Origin: Clostridia bacterium | GTDB taxonomy: Bacteria; Bacillota; Clostridia; Christensenellales; CAG-138 | NCBI GenBank assembly: GCA_017388175.1 | Contig: JAFOTD010000023.1 | Coordinates: 10,002-74,001 of the forward strand | DNA length: 64,000 nucleotides | Direction: 5' to 3' | Part shown: positions 1 through 10,440 of the stretch, in pieces | How positions within the stretch are numbered: position 1 is the first letter of the stretch | Layout of the letters: each line of letters starts with the position of its first letter | Position numbers and translations under genes: made by a program | Notes under the pieces: generated by a model | What the model was told of the DNA's origin: nothing | What the model saw: the letters and a program-made list of their open reading frames with translations, nothing else | Databases searched by the model: none

Positions 1-1913
<1,913 letters not shown>

Positions 1914-1914
<1 letters not shown>

Positions 1915-3008
1915 TATTCCTCCACCACCTTTCCGTTGTGAACACGGTACACCTGCATGGAAAGCGCGCCCGCCTTCACAAACTCTTCAAGATGCGTACA
2001 GGTTACAAACGTCTGACAGTCCGAAACGACCTCCAAAAGCCTTGCCTGCCGCTCGGCGTCGAGTTCGGAGAACACGTCGTCAAGGAGCAATACGGGCCGT
2101 TCGCCGCGCACTCTCTTCACGAGGTCGATCTCCGAAAGCTTCAAAGACAGCGCCGCGGTGCGCTGCTGCCCCTGCGAGCCGTAAACCCTGAGATCGCGTC
2201 CGTTCAGCAAAAGTCCCAGATCATCCCTGTGCGGACCGACCGAGGTAAACCCGCGGAACACGTCGCGCTCCAGCCGTTCGCCGAGCTGCACGGTCAGCGT
2301 TTCGCGCATCGTGTCGTAATCCTGCACCGGCACCGTCGGCTCGTAGACCGTTTCCAAAAGCTCCTTCGTGCCGCTCATCTTCGCATGGAGCGTGTGCGCG
2401 TTGCTTGACAGCTCCTCAACGAACAACGCGCGGTTCTGCATGATCGTTGCGCCAAGCTTTGATAGCTGCTCGTCCCACAGCTCGATCATGTCGTACGGAA
2501 CGGTCTCTTCCTTAAGGAGCAGGTTGCGGCTTTTCAGCGCCTGATTGTACTGCTGCAGCGTGTAGTAATACGCGGGCTTGAGCTGGGAAAGTTCCATGTC
2601 CATAAACCGCCGCCGCTCCTGCGGGCCGTCCTTGACGAGCTGCAGATCCTCCGGCGAGAACATGACCACGTTGAGACAGCCCATCAGCTCGCCCGAGCGG
2701 GAAAGCGGCGCCTCGTCGAGGTACACGCGCTTGCGCTCCCCGCGGACGAGTTCGATCCGGATCGAGCGCGATCCGCCGCGCGTTTCCAAAGCAAGCGCAA
2801 CGCTGCCTTCCGACTGTCCGTCCATGATGAGCTCGCTGTCGTGGGGCGTGCGGTGGCTTCTTCCCAGCGCGCAAAGAAAAACGGATTCGAGCACGTTGGT
2901 TTTCCCCTCGGCGTTCAGCCCCGAAAGGATGTTGAGCCCCGGCTCGGGATACAGGGTAAGGTCCGTATAGTTGCGAAACCGATGCAGTTCGATTCCCTTG
3001 ATCCGCAT
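1914..3008 (-). CDS. recF: DNA replication and repair protein RecF
   Basis: MRIKGIELHRFRNYTDL..., Walker A GLNAEGKTNVLES, C-terminal LLLDDVFSELD. SD GAGGAG lies 9 nt upstream of ATG 3006-3008. The ORF-track start at 3050 looks like an in-frame upstream extension. Confidence 0.9.
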
Positions 3009-3147
3009 ATGCCTATTCTCCTCACAATTTACCATAACAGTATAGCACAATCGCCGTTATTTGTAAATAACAATATAGAAGAAATCCCATTTCTTTTCAT
3101 ATATTTTACAATGCGTTTTTCCGCGGATCCGCCCGGTTTACGGGCAT

Positions 3148-3176
3148 AAAAAAAGCCCGCGTTTGATGCGGGCGCG
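3148..3176 (-). terminator. Rho-independent terminator after the acyltransferase-like gene
   Basis: The minus-strand RNA forms a GCCCGC/GCGGGC stem followed by a U7 run (plus strand: aaaaaaagcccgcgtttgatgcgggc). Confidence 0.6.
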
Positions 3177-3188
3177 GATTTGTGCGAA

Positions 3189-4025
3189 TTACGGAATGTC
3201 CTGTACGATCTCTTTCGGCGGGACTTCCAGAAGCTCCGGATGCTTCAGATAGTTCAGAAGCTTCCGGCTTGCGATGACGTACTGCGAGCCGGAGCACACC
3301 CGCTCGTCCATGACGAATCCGATCGGGATGCACTTTTCAAATTCGATCTCCCCTTTTCTTCTCTGCGGCACTTCGCGCGGGATGCCCATGGCCATGATCA
3401 TGGTCGTCGTACCGAAGTTGTAAACGTGGTGATAGATCGCGTTGGTGCGGATGCTCGCAAGGTTCGTGATCGTCAGCGAGCAATGAAACGGGCTTGCGTC
3501 GATAATGCCCTTCGGGAGCCAGCCGAACTTATCCATGATCTTGAACACGCACACGCCGAAGCGGCAAAGTCCCGGGACCTTCAGGAGCTTGCGGATGAGG
3601 TCGTCGGTCGAATTCGTGTCGCCCTTCGCGCGGTTTTCCGTTACGTACGTTTCGAGCGTTTTATGCACGTCGTCGATCGTGAACTCCGGCTTAAAATGCA
3701 TTTTATTCATCGTGCCCTCGGATTCGCCGGGCTTTAAAACCACCATGCCGACCGCGATCTCGTTGCGCGCGTAGATCGTCTTGTTCACGACGAAGCGGTT
3801 GATGATCGGATACTCCGCAACCGTGCGCACGTACGCCGAAAGCACCAGCCCGAGGTGCGAATACTCCTTGCCCTCCGCGCGCTTTTTGTTCAGATACGCC
3901 TGCATCGGCGCAAGGGGAACGTCGAGCTCCATCATGTTCATCGAATCGCAGCGCTGATCCATGATATGCGCCGCAACCTGATACATCGGCTGCGCCGTTT
4001 TGACGCGTCTTCCGTCTTTTCTCAT
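3189..4025 (-). CDS. 2-oxoacid dehydrogenase acyltransferase (E2 catalytic / CAT-like) domain protein
   Basis: Usable part of the 399-aa ORF, starting at MRKDGRRVKTAQPMYQVAAHIMDQR. ATG 4023-4025 overlaps the EamA stop (ATGA). The C-terminal region (...HHVYNFGTTTMIMAMG...FVMDERVCSGSQY) resembles the E2/CAT acyltransferase fold. The upstream 121 codons are Arg-rich and overlap the EamA gene. Confidence 0.55.
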   Translation of the reverse strand: MRKDGRRVKTAQPMYQVAAHIMDQRCDSMNMMELDVPLAPMQAYLNKKRAEGKEYSHLGLVLSAYVRTVAEYPIINRFVVNKTIYARNEIAVGMVVLKPGESEGTMNKMHFKPEFTIDDVHKTLETYVTENRAKGDTNSTDDLIRKLLKVPGLCRFGVCVFKIMDKFGWLPKGIIDASPFHCSLTITNLASIRTNAIYHHVYNFGTTTMIMAMGIPREVPQRRKGEIEFEKCIPIGFVMDERVCSGSQYVIASRKLLNYLKHPELLEVPPKEIVQDIP

Positions 4026-4972
4026 ATCCCTTGCTTCTCTTCCCCTGTGATTTGCCCGCACACGGCGGATTCGTCCTTTCTCGCAAATTTCTGCACGCCG
4101 TAAATTCCAACGAGGATCACGGCGCAGAACAGCGCGCCGAGCCATGAAAACGGCTCCTTCAGGATCAGCGCGCCGGCGATCACGGAGACCGCCGTCGTCA
4201 GATTTGCGTATACGGTCGAACGCGTCACGGTCATATACGTCGCCATATACGACAGCAAAAAGTAACTCACGACCGAGCAGCAGACCGACAGGAACAGAAC
4301 GGGCAGCAGAAACGCCGGATTTCCCATCGGCGCAAAGAACGCGGGAAGGTCGAAGCGGCACCGTATGAGCGCGATCGGCGTAAAGCACACCGCGCCCATG
4401 CCGATCATCAGATACGTGCGCTCAAACGCCGTAAATTCCGCGGAAAGCCCGCGGTCCAGAATACCGTAGGCCGCGGCGGAAAGCACCGAGACGATCAGCG
4501 CGACCACGCCGATCCAGTCGAGCCTGCCGCTGTCCTTGGTCAGCAGCCCGATACCGATCACGCCGCCGACCGACACGAAACTGAACACGACCTGCCACAC
4601 ATTCGGCTTCTCGTGCAGCAGCGGGATCGCCGCGATAATCGACACGATCGGGATCACGGCGATCATGACGCCGGAGAAGATCGTAGTCGAATGCAGAACG
4701 CCGTACTCCTCGCCGATGAAATACACGACCGGCTCCATCAGCCCCATGAGCAGCGGCCAGAGGATGCGCTTCCCCTTGCCCCGAAAGTCGATCCTGACGA
4801 CCCGGAACAGGAGCAGCAGATTCATAATGAGAAACGCGATCAGAAACCGGTGGCTTAAAAGCAGATACATATCCGCCACGTCCAGCGCGGACCGCGTGCC
4901 GAGAAAGCTGAATCCCCAGAACACGTGGCTGACGACCGCCGCTAAAAACAGTGTGATCTCCTTCTTCTTCAT
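4022..4972 (-). CDS. EamA/DMT family transporter
   Basis: 316 aa with about 10 predicted TM helices in two halves, a typical drug/metabolite transporter layout. Confidence 0.75.
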   Translation of the reverse strand: MKKKEITLFLAAVVSHVFWGFSFLGTRSALDVADMYLLLSHRFLIAFLIMNLLLLFRVVRIDFRGKGKRILWPLLMGLMEPVVYFIGEEYGVLHSTTIFSGVMIAVIPIVSIIAAIPLLHEKPNVWQVVFSFVSVGGVIGIGLLTKDSGRLDWIGVVALIVSVLSAAAYGILDRGLSAEFTAFERTYLMIGMGAVCFTPIALIRCRFDLPAFFAPMGNPAFLLPVLFLSVCCSVVSYFLLSYMATYMTVTRSTVYANLTTAVSVIAGALILKEPFSWLGALFCAVILVGIYGVQKFARKDESAVCGQITGEEKQGI

Positions 4973-5004
4973 AACTCCCGTATCGGCCGAATTCCTTATA
5001 TCCG

Positions 5005-6825
5005 TTATTCCCGCATCATCTTCGCCGCAAGCTTCATGCGCTGTTCCTTGCTCAGGATGCGCTTGCGCATGCGGATGCTTTTGGGCGTGATCTCAACGAG
5101 CTCGTCGTCCGCGATGAACTCGAGGCATTGCTCGAGCGTAAAGAGCGTCGGCGGCGTGAGCCGCAGCGCTTCGTCGCTGCCCGCGGCGCGCATGTTGGTG
5201 ACGTGCTTTTTCTTGCAGACGTTGACGACGATATCGTCCGCTCTGGCGCATTCGCCGACGATCTCGCCTTCGTAGACCGGCACGCCTGCGCCGATGAACA
5301 TCCGGCCGCGATCCTGGGCGTAAAACAGCCCGTACGAGCAGGATTCGCCCGTTTCGTGCGCGACGAGGCTTCCCGTTTTGCGCTCGGCAATATCGCCCTT
5401 ATAGGGCTCGTAGCCGTAAAAGATATGGTTCATGACGCCGTTGCCGCGCGTGTCGGTCATGAGTTCACTGCGATATCCCATCAGTCCGCGCGCCGGGATC
5501 AAAAACTTCAGGCGCGTACCGGTATCGCCGAGCGTCGTCATGTCGGTCATCTCCGCCTTGCGCATGCCGAGCTTTTCCATGACCGCGCCGACGTATTCCT
5601 GCGGCACGTCGATGGTGAGCTCCTCGATCGGCTCGGTCACGACGCCGTTCTCGTCCTTGTGCAGAATGACCTTCGGACGCGACACCGCAAACTCGTAGCC
5701 CTGGCGGCGCATTTGCTCGATCAGGATCGAAAGGTGCAGCTCGCCTCTGCCGCTGACGCGGAACGTATCGGTCGACTCGGTCTCCTCGACGCGCATGGAG
5801 ACGTTCGTCTTGACCTCGTTGAAAAGGCGGTCGCGGAGGTTGCGGCTCGTGACGTACTTGCCTTCCTTGCCGGCGAACGGGCTGTCGTTGACGAGGAACA
5901 TCATCGAAACGGTCGGCTCGTCGATCTTCACGAACGGCATGGGCTCGACGAGTGCGGGATCGCACGCGGTCTCGCCGACGTTCAGATCCTCTACGCCCGC
6001 GACGCAGACGATATCGCCCGCGTACGCTTCCTCGACCTCGACGCGCTGCAGGCCCTCGAAGTTATAGAGCCGCGTGATCTTCGTGTCGCGGCGGCGGTTC
6101 TCCTGTCCGCCGCAGAGCGTGATGATCTGCCCGCGCTTCGCCACGCCGCGCTCGATGCGGCCGATGCCGATCTTGCCGACGTACTCGTCGTAATCGATCG
6201 TGGAGAACAGGATCTGCAGCGGCGCCTCCGTATCCGTCGAAGGCGACGGGATCTCCTTTATGATCGTGTCGAACACCGCCTGCATGTTGTTTTCCATCTG
6301 ATCCGGTTCATAGCCGGACTGACCGTTGCGCGCGGAGGCGTATACGATCGGGAAATCGAGCTGCTCGTCCGTTGCGCCGAGCTCGATGAAAAGCTCCAGC
6401 GCTTCGTCCACGACCTCATAGGGACGCGCTTCGGGACGGTCGACCTTGTTGACGACGACGACCGCCTTCTTGTTCAGCTCCAGCGCCTTTCTGAGCACAA
6501 ACCGCGTCTGCGGCATGCAGCCCTCGAACGCGTCGATCAGCAGCAGAACGCCGTCGACCATCTGTAAGATTCGCTCGACCTCACCGCCGAAGTCCGCGTG
6601 ACCCGGCGTGTCGACGATGTTGATGCGCGTATCGCCGTAGGTGACCGCGGTGTTCTTGGACAGGATCGTGATGCCGCGTTCACGCTCGAGATCGCCGCTG
6701 TCCATGATGCGCTCGGTTCCCTGTTCGCTGCGGCGCAGCGCGCCGGCGTCCTTCAGAAGCTGATCGACCAGCGTCGTCTTGCCGTGGTCGACGTGTGCGA
6801 TGATCGCTACGTTGCGAATATTCAT
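5005..6825 (-). CDS. typA: Translational GTPase TypA/BipA
   Basis: MNIRNVAIIAHVDHGKTTLVDQLL..., DTPGHADFGGEVER, NKVD; 606 aa, typical TypA length. Confidence 0.95.
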   Translation of the reverse strand: MNIRNVAIIAHVDHGKTTLVDQLLKDAGALRRSEQGTERIMDSGDLERERGITILSKNTAVTYGDTRINIVDTPGHADFGGEVERILQMVDGVLLLIDAFEGCMPQTRFVLRKALELNKKAVVVVNKVDRPEARPYEVVDEALELFIELGATDEQLDFPIVYASARNGQSGYEPDQMENNMQAVFDTIIKEIPSPSTDTEAPLQILFSTIDYDEYVGKIGIGRIERGVAKRGQIITLCGGQENRRRDTKITRLYNFEGLQRVEVEEAYAGDIVCVAGVEDLNVGETACDPALVEPMPFVKIDEPTVSMMFLVNDSPFAGKEGKYVTSRNLRDRLFNEVKTNVSMRVEETESTDTFRVSGRGELHLSILIEQMRRQGYEFAVSRPKVILHKDENGVVTEPIEELTIDVPQEYVGAVMEKLGMRKAEMTDMTTLGDTGTRLKFLIPARGLMGYRSELMTDTRGNGVMNHIFYGYEPYKGDIAERKTGSLVAHETGESCSYGLFYAQDRGRMFIGAGVPVYEGEIVGECARADDIVVNVCKKKHVTNMRAAGSDEALRLTPPTLFTLEQCLEFIADDELVEITPKSIRMRKRILSKEQRMKLAAKMMRE

Positions 6826-6880
6826 AAAAGTCCCTCTTTTCTGCGGATTCTCTGTATTCTTTCAAAAAACGAACCAAAAT

Positions 6881-6909
6881 ATTATACACCGCTTTTCTTT
6901 CGGATGCAA
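6881..6909 (-). promoter_or_regulatory. Candidate sigma-A promoter of typA
   Basis: Minus strand reads TTGCAT-17 nt-TATAAT about 55 nt upstream of the typA ATG; SD AAGAGGGA precedes the start. Confidence 0.5.
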
Positions 6910-6912
6910 GTA

Positions 6913-6921
6913 TGTTATACT
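6913..6921 (+). promoter_or_regulatory. Candidate extended -10 (TGtTATACT) for rarA
   Basis: TGTTATACT ends 6 nt before the rarA ATG at 6928, and there is no SD between them. See the leaderless-mRNA finding. Confidence 0.35.
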
Positions 6922-6927
6922 GAAAAT

Positions 6928-8253
6928 ATGGAAAATTCGGATCTCTTTTCGGCTTCGGCCAAAAAACAAGCCCCGCTTGCGGACCGCATGCGTCCGCATA
7001 CGCTCGACCGCTTCATCGGTCAGGAACACATCGTCGGTCCCGGACGGCTCCTGCGCCGCGCGATTTTAACCGACTCGCTGTGGTCTTCGATCTTCTTCGG
7101 CCCGCCCGGCACCGGCAAAACGACGCTTGCGAACATCATCGCCGAAACGACCGGCGCAAACTTCGTGCGCATGAACGCGGTATCGAGCGGCGTCAGGGAG
7201 CTCCGCTCCGTCATCGAACACGCCGCGGAGGAATTGAGGTTTCACGGCAAGCCCACCTATCTGCTGCTCGACGAATGCCACCGCTGGTCGAAATCGCAGT
7301 CGGACGCGCTTCTGCCCGCGCTGGAAAACGGCACGATCCGCTTCATCGGCTCCACGACCGAAAACCCGATGATCGCCATGACGAGCGCGATCGTGTCGCG
7401 CTGCCGCGTATTCCAGTTCTATCCGCTCTCCGCCGCCGACATCCGAAAAGCGATCGATCAGGCGCTTGCCGACACGGAAAACGGCTTCGGGGACCGAAAG
7501 GTTCTGCTGGATCCCGACGCGTACGATACCTTTATTGCGCTCTCCAACGGCGACTGCCGCAACGCGCTGAACGCGCTGGAGCTTGCGGTTTTAACCACCG
7601 AGCCGGATGAAACCGGCACGATCCGCGTCACGAAGGCGATTGCCGCCGAATCGGGACAGAGAAAGGTCATGCAGTTTGACGACCAGCTCTTCTACGACAT
7701 GCTTTCCGCGTTCTGCAAGTCCCTGCGCGGCGGTGATTCCGACGCCGCGCTCGCGTGGTTTTCGCGGCTGATCTACGCGGGCTGCGATCCGCGTATCATC
7801 GCGCGGCGGCTGATCGCGCACGCGAGCGAGGACGTTGGGCTTGCGAACCCGCAGGCGATGGTGCAGGCGGTCGCGGCGGCCGAAGCCGTCGAGCTCGTCG
7901 GGCTTCCGGAAGCGCGGCTGTCGCTTTCACAGGCGATCATCTTTATCTGCGAATCGCCGAAATCGAACAGCGTCGCAAGCGCAATGTCCGCCGCGTTCCG
8001 CGATACCGAAACAGGCGGCGTATTCGAGCCGGTGCCCGTGCATCTGCGCGATACGCACTATTACGGCTCCGACCGCATCGGCGCCGGCGCGGGCTACAAA
8101 TATCCGCACGACTACCCCGCCCATTGGGTACAGCAGCAGTACATGCCGACCGAGCTTGTCGGAACGCGCTACTACGACCCCTCCGATCAGGGTCAGGAAG
8201 CAAAGATCCGCGAAAACCACATCAAACGCGATCTGCTCCGCAATCCGAAGTGA
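6928..8253 (+). CDS. rarA: Replication-associated recombination protein A (AAA+ ATPase)
   Basis: MENSDLFSASAKKQAPLADRMRPHTLDRFIGQEHIVGPGRLLRRAI matches the RarA/MgsA N-terminus end to end; Walker A GPPGTGKTTLA. The ORF-track start at 6598 is an upstream extension overlapping typA. Confidence 0.9.
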   Translation: MENSDLFSASAKKQAPLADRMRPHTLDRFIGQEHIVGPGRLLRRAILTDSLWSSIFFGPPGTGKTTLANIIAETTGANFVRMNAVSSGVRELRSVIEHAAEELRFHGKPTYLLLDECHRWSKSQSDALLPALENGTIRFIGSTTENPMIAMTSAIVSRCRVFQFYPLSAADIRKAIDQALADTENGFGDRKVLLDPDAYDTFIALSNGDCRNALNALELAVLTTEPDETGTIRVTKAIAAESGQRKVMQFDDQLFYDMLSAFCKSLRGGDSDAALAWFSRLIYAGCDPRIIARRLIAHASEDVGLANPQAMVQAVAAAEAVELVGLPEARLSLSQAIIFICESPKSNSVASAMSAAFRDTETGGVFEPVPVHLRDTHYYGSDRIGAGAGYKYPHDYPAHWVQQQYMPTELVGTRYYDPSDQGQEAKIRENHIKRDLLRNPK

Positions 8254-8270
8254 ACCGAAAAAAGCGAAAA

Positions 8271-8293
8271 GGCGAACGGAAAACCCGTTCGCC
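8271..8293. terminator. Hairpin between convergent rarA and the SpoIID-like gene
   Basis: GGCGAACGG-aaaac-CCGTTCGCC with A/T-rich flanks on both sides; could terminate both convergent transcripts. Confidence 0.55.
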
Positions 8294-8308
8294 TGTTTCA
8301 TTCCGTTC

Positions 8309-10312
8309 TTATTCCAGCCCGACGACGTGCCTGAGGATCGCGGCCGCGTCTGCGGTGTCGACCGTGCCGTCATGCGTATAATCCGCGGCCAGCAGCGCTT
8401 CATCCTTGATCACGGAGAGCTTTACGGCAAACCGCAGGATCAGCGAAGCGTCCGCCGCCGTGACGTTCTTCGTGCCGTTTGCGTCGCCGCGCATGACCGC
8501 CGGTACAGGGCTTCCCGGCGTGATATAGCTCTTCCAGATGAAGGCGCCCTGCCCGGTCGCGCGGTCCATGACGTAATACCAGTTCTTGGATTGATAGTAG
8601 ACGTATACTTTGTCGCCCTTGTTCAGCGGCCAATACTTGCTGAAATTCGTCGACGGACCTGACCGGAGGTTGGAATCGTCGGCGTTGCATACGCCTTCCC
8701 ATTGCGGCTCCGGATTCCGTTCGTAATAGCTCACGTAATCGCCGTGCACGAAGCCTGTCTTTTTGCTCGCCGCGTCGTAAACCCTGAGCCACTCTCCGCT
8801 CGTACCGGAAACCGCGAGAATCATTCCGAGCGAAAGCACCTTGATCGAAGCCGTCGCGGTTGACGGGCCGTCCCGAAGATTCAGAGACGTGCTCGTGACG
8901 ATCACGTCATACTGCGAATCGACCGGTTCGACCGACGGGGTCGGCGTTGCGCTCGGCGTCGGCGTCGGCTTGGGCGTCGGCGTAGGCGTCGTGCCGGGGG
9001 ACGGCGCCGCGCCGTCCTCATAGGTGAACGCGAACGTCGCGTTGGATTCAATCGCCTTGCCGGTTACGTCGTCATAGAGCGTCGCGCCGCGGTAATAGAA
9101 CTTCAGCACGTCGACGTAGGAATATCCTTGCTTGACCATCTGCCCCGCCCCGCGGTGCGAAAGCCCCGCGCGGTGACCGCTGTTGACGCCCCACACGAGT
9201 TTCCATTCCTTTTCGGCGGTATGCACCGCAAAGCAGATCGTCCCGGCCGCGGAAGGCGCCGCAGCCGCTTTGACTTCGTCAGGCGTGCAGGACAGGCTGA
9301 CCTGCTTCGTTTTGCCGTCGGCCGTTTTTACCGTCAGCGTCCAGTCATAGCGTTTCTCAGGCGCAAGCGTGCTCGGATAGCGCGCGGTTCCGTTCGGATT
9401 ATCCGGATCGTAAATCCCGGTGAGCGCGTCGACGGAAACGATCTCCTTTGCTCCGGTCTTTCCGAGCAGGAACGCATAGAGCGCGGCGTCCATGCTCTTC
9501 GGCGAAGCGCCGTTCACCGTGAGGATGACGTTCTTCGTCGAGCCCGCAAGATCGAACGGATCATAGCCGAACCAGTATGCGCCGTCGTTCGTCGTCCCGC
9601 CCCAGCGGATGCGCGGCGTGATCGCCTGACCTCCGTTTGCGGTGCTGTAATACGTTGTAATGACCTTTCCGTTATAGCGAAGCGTCTGCTTCCAGACCGC
9701 GTCGACAGCCGCGATCGTGTTTTTGTCGGTCGCGACGTAGCCGTAATAGAGCTGTGAGCTCGTGGTGTCGTATACATCAAAATACTTCGTCGTTCGCGCC
9801 GCTACCTCGCAAAGCGCGAAGCACTTCGCGCAGACCGCCTCGGTCTTCAGCAGATCGGGCTTCGAGGAATCCGACATCTCGCCGCTGACGACGCCGTATA
9901 GATAATTCTTAAGATCGACGTGGTTGATCACGCGCAGGATGCCGCCGTCGTTATAGAACACGAAGTCGCCGTAATACGTGCGCGTACCGTGCTTGGCGTT
10001 GTCGAACGTCAGCGTCGTGGAAGCGCTCGTCCCGACGCGCTTCAGGGCTGCGGAAGTGCCCGTCGTTTTCAGCGTGCCCGCGGACGAATGCGAAAGCGTG
10101 ATCTTGCTGTTGGCGATCTTCGCGGTTACCGTTCCGCCGGTCACGTTTTTGCCGTCGACCGCATAGGTTCCAGACAGCTTCACCGTTACGGTATCCGCGT
10201 TTCCGGTGGACAGAAGCACGCGCACGACCGTCTCCTCTGTCTCCGCGCTCGTAACCCTGCCGACGGCAATCGGCAGCAGCAGGCAAAGCAGCAGGCTGAT
10301 CAGCTTTTTCAC
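8309..10312 (-). CDS. Secreted SpoIID/LytB-domain protein with P/T linker, two SH3b domains and a C-terminal dockerin-like module
   Basis: Signal peptide MKKLISLLLCLLLPIAVG. SpoIID-type motifs (YLYGVVSGEM..., TTSSQLYYGY, YYSTANGGQ). Linker TPTPTPKPTPTPSATPTPS. Two SH3b-like repeats (LNLRDGPS...GEWLRVY; SNLRSGPS...). The last 60 aa, GDANGTKNVTAADASLILRFAV...AADYTHDGTVDTADAAAILRHVVG, show the duplicated Ca-binding dockerin pattern. Confidence 0.75.
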   Translation of the reverse strand: MKKLISLLLCLLLPIAVGRVTSAETEETVVRVLLSTGNADTVTVKLSGTYAVDGKNVTGGTVTAKIANSKITLSHSSAGTLKTTGTSAALKRVGTSASTTLTFDNAKHGTRTYYGDFVFYNDGGILRVINHVDLKNYLYGVVSGEMSDSSKPDLLKTEAVCAKCFALCEVAARTTKYFDVYDTTSSQLYYGYVATDKNTIAAVDAVWKQTLRYNGKVITTYYSTANGGQAITPRIRWGGTTNDGAYWFGYDPFDLAGSTKNVILTVNGASPKSMDAALYAFLLGKTGAKEIVSVDALTGIYDPDNPNGTARYPSTLAPEKRYDWTLTVKTADGKTKQVSLSCTPDEVKAAAAPSAAGTICFAVHTAEKEWKLVWGVNSGHRAGLSHRGAGQMVKQGYSYVDVLKFYYRGATLYDDVTGKAIESNATFAFTYEDGAAPSPGTTPTPTPKPTPTPSATPTPSVEPVDSQYDVIVTSTSLNLRDGPSTATASIKVLSLGMILAVSGTSGEWLRVYDAASKKTGFVHGDYVSYYERNPEPQWEGVCNADDSNLRSGPSTNFSKYWPLNKGDKVYVYYQSKNWYYVMDRATGQGAFIWKSYITPGSPVPAVMRGDANGTKNVTAADASLILRFAVKLSVIKDEALLAADYTHDGTVDTADAAAILRHVVGLE

Positions 10313-10364
10313 GGTACGTTCTCCTTTCCGGTTCTCGCTGTTTCCGTTATACCATAAATCATAT

Positions 10365-10393
10365 AAAAAACAAACGCCAAAGAGCGTTTGTTG
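10365..10393 (-). terminator. Rho-independent terminator after the FAD oxidoreductase gene
   Basis: Minus-strand RNA: AACAAACGC-loop-GCGTTTGTT followed by a U-run. Confidence 0.6.
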
Positions 10394-10440
10394 AAATTTT
10401 ATTTACAAGAATGACGAAACTTTGACGCATTTACGGGAAA

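Noticed and set aside
6598-6927. N-terminal 110-codon extension of the rarA ORF in the track (also the 5' extensions of the ORFs at 3189-4388, 12071-13474, 18833-19774, 21064-22509, 24794-25915, 36567-38177 and 48746-50266)
   Set aside because: The extensions overlap upstream genes or are Arg-rich with no SD. Internal ATGs with good SDs coincide with the conserved N-termini or signal peptides.
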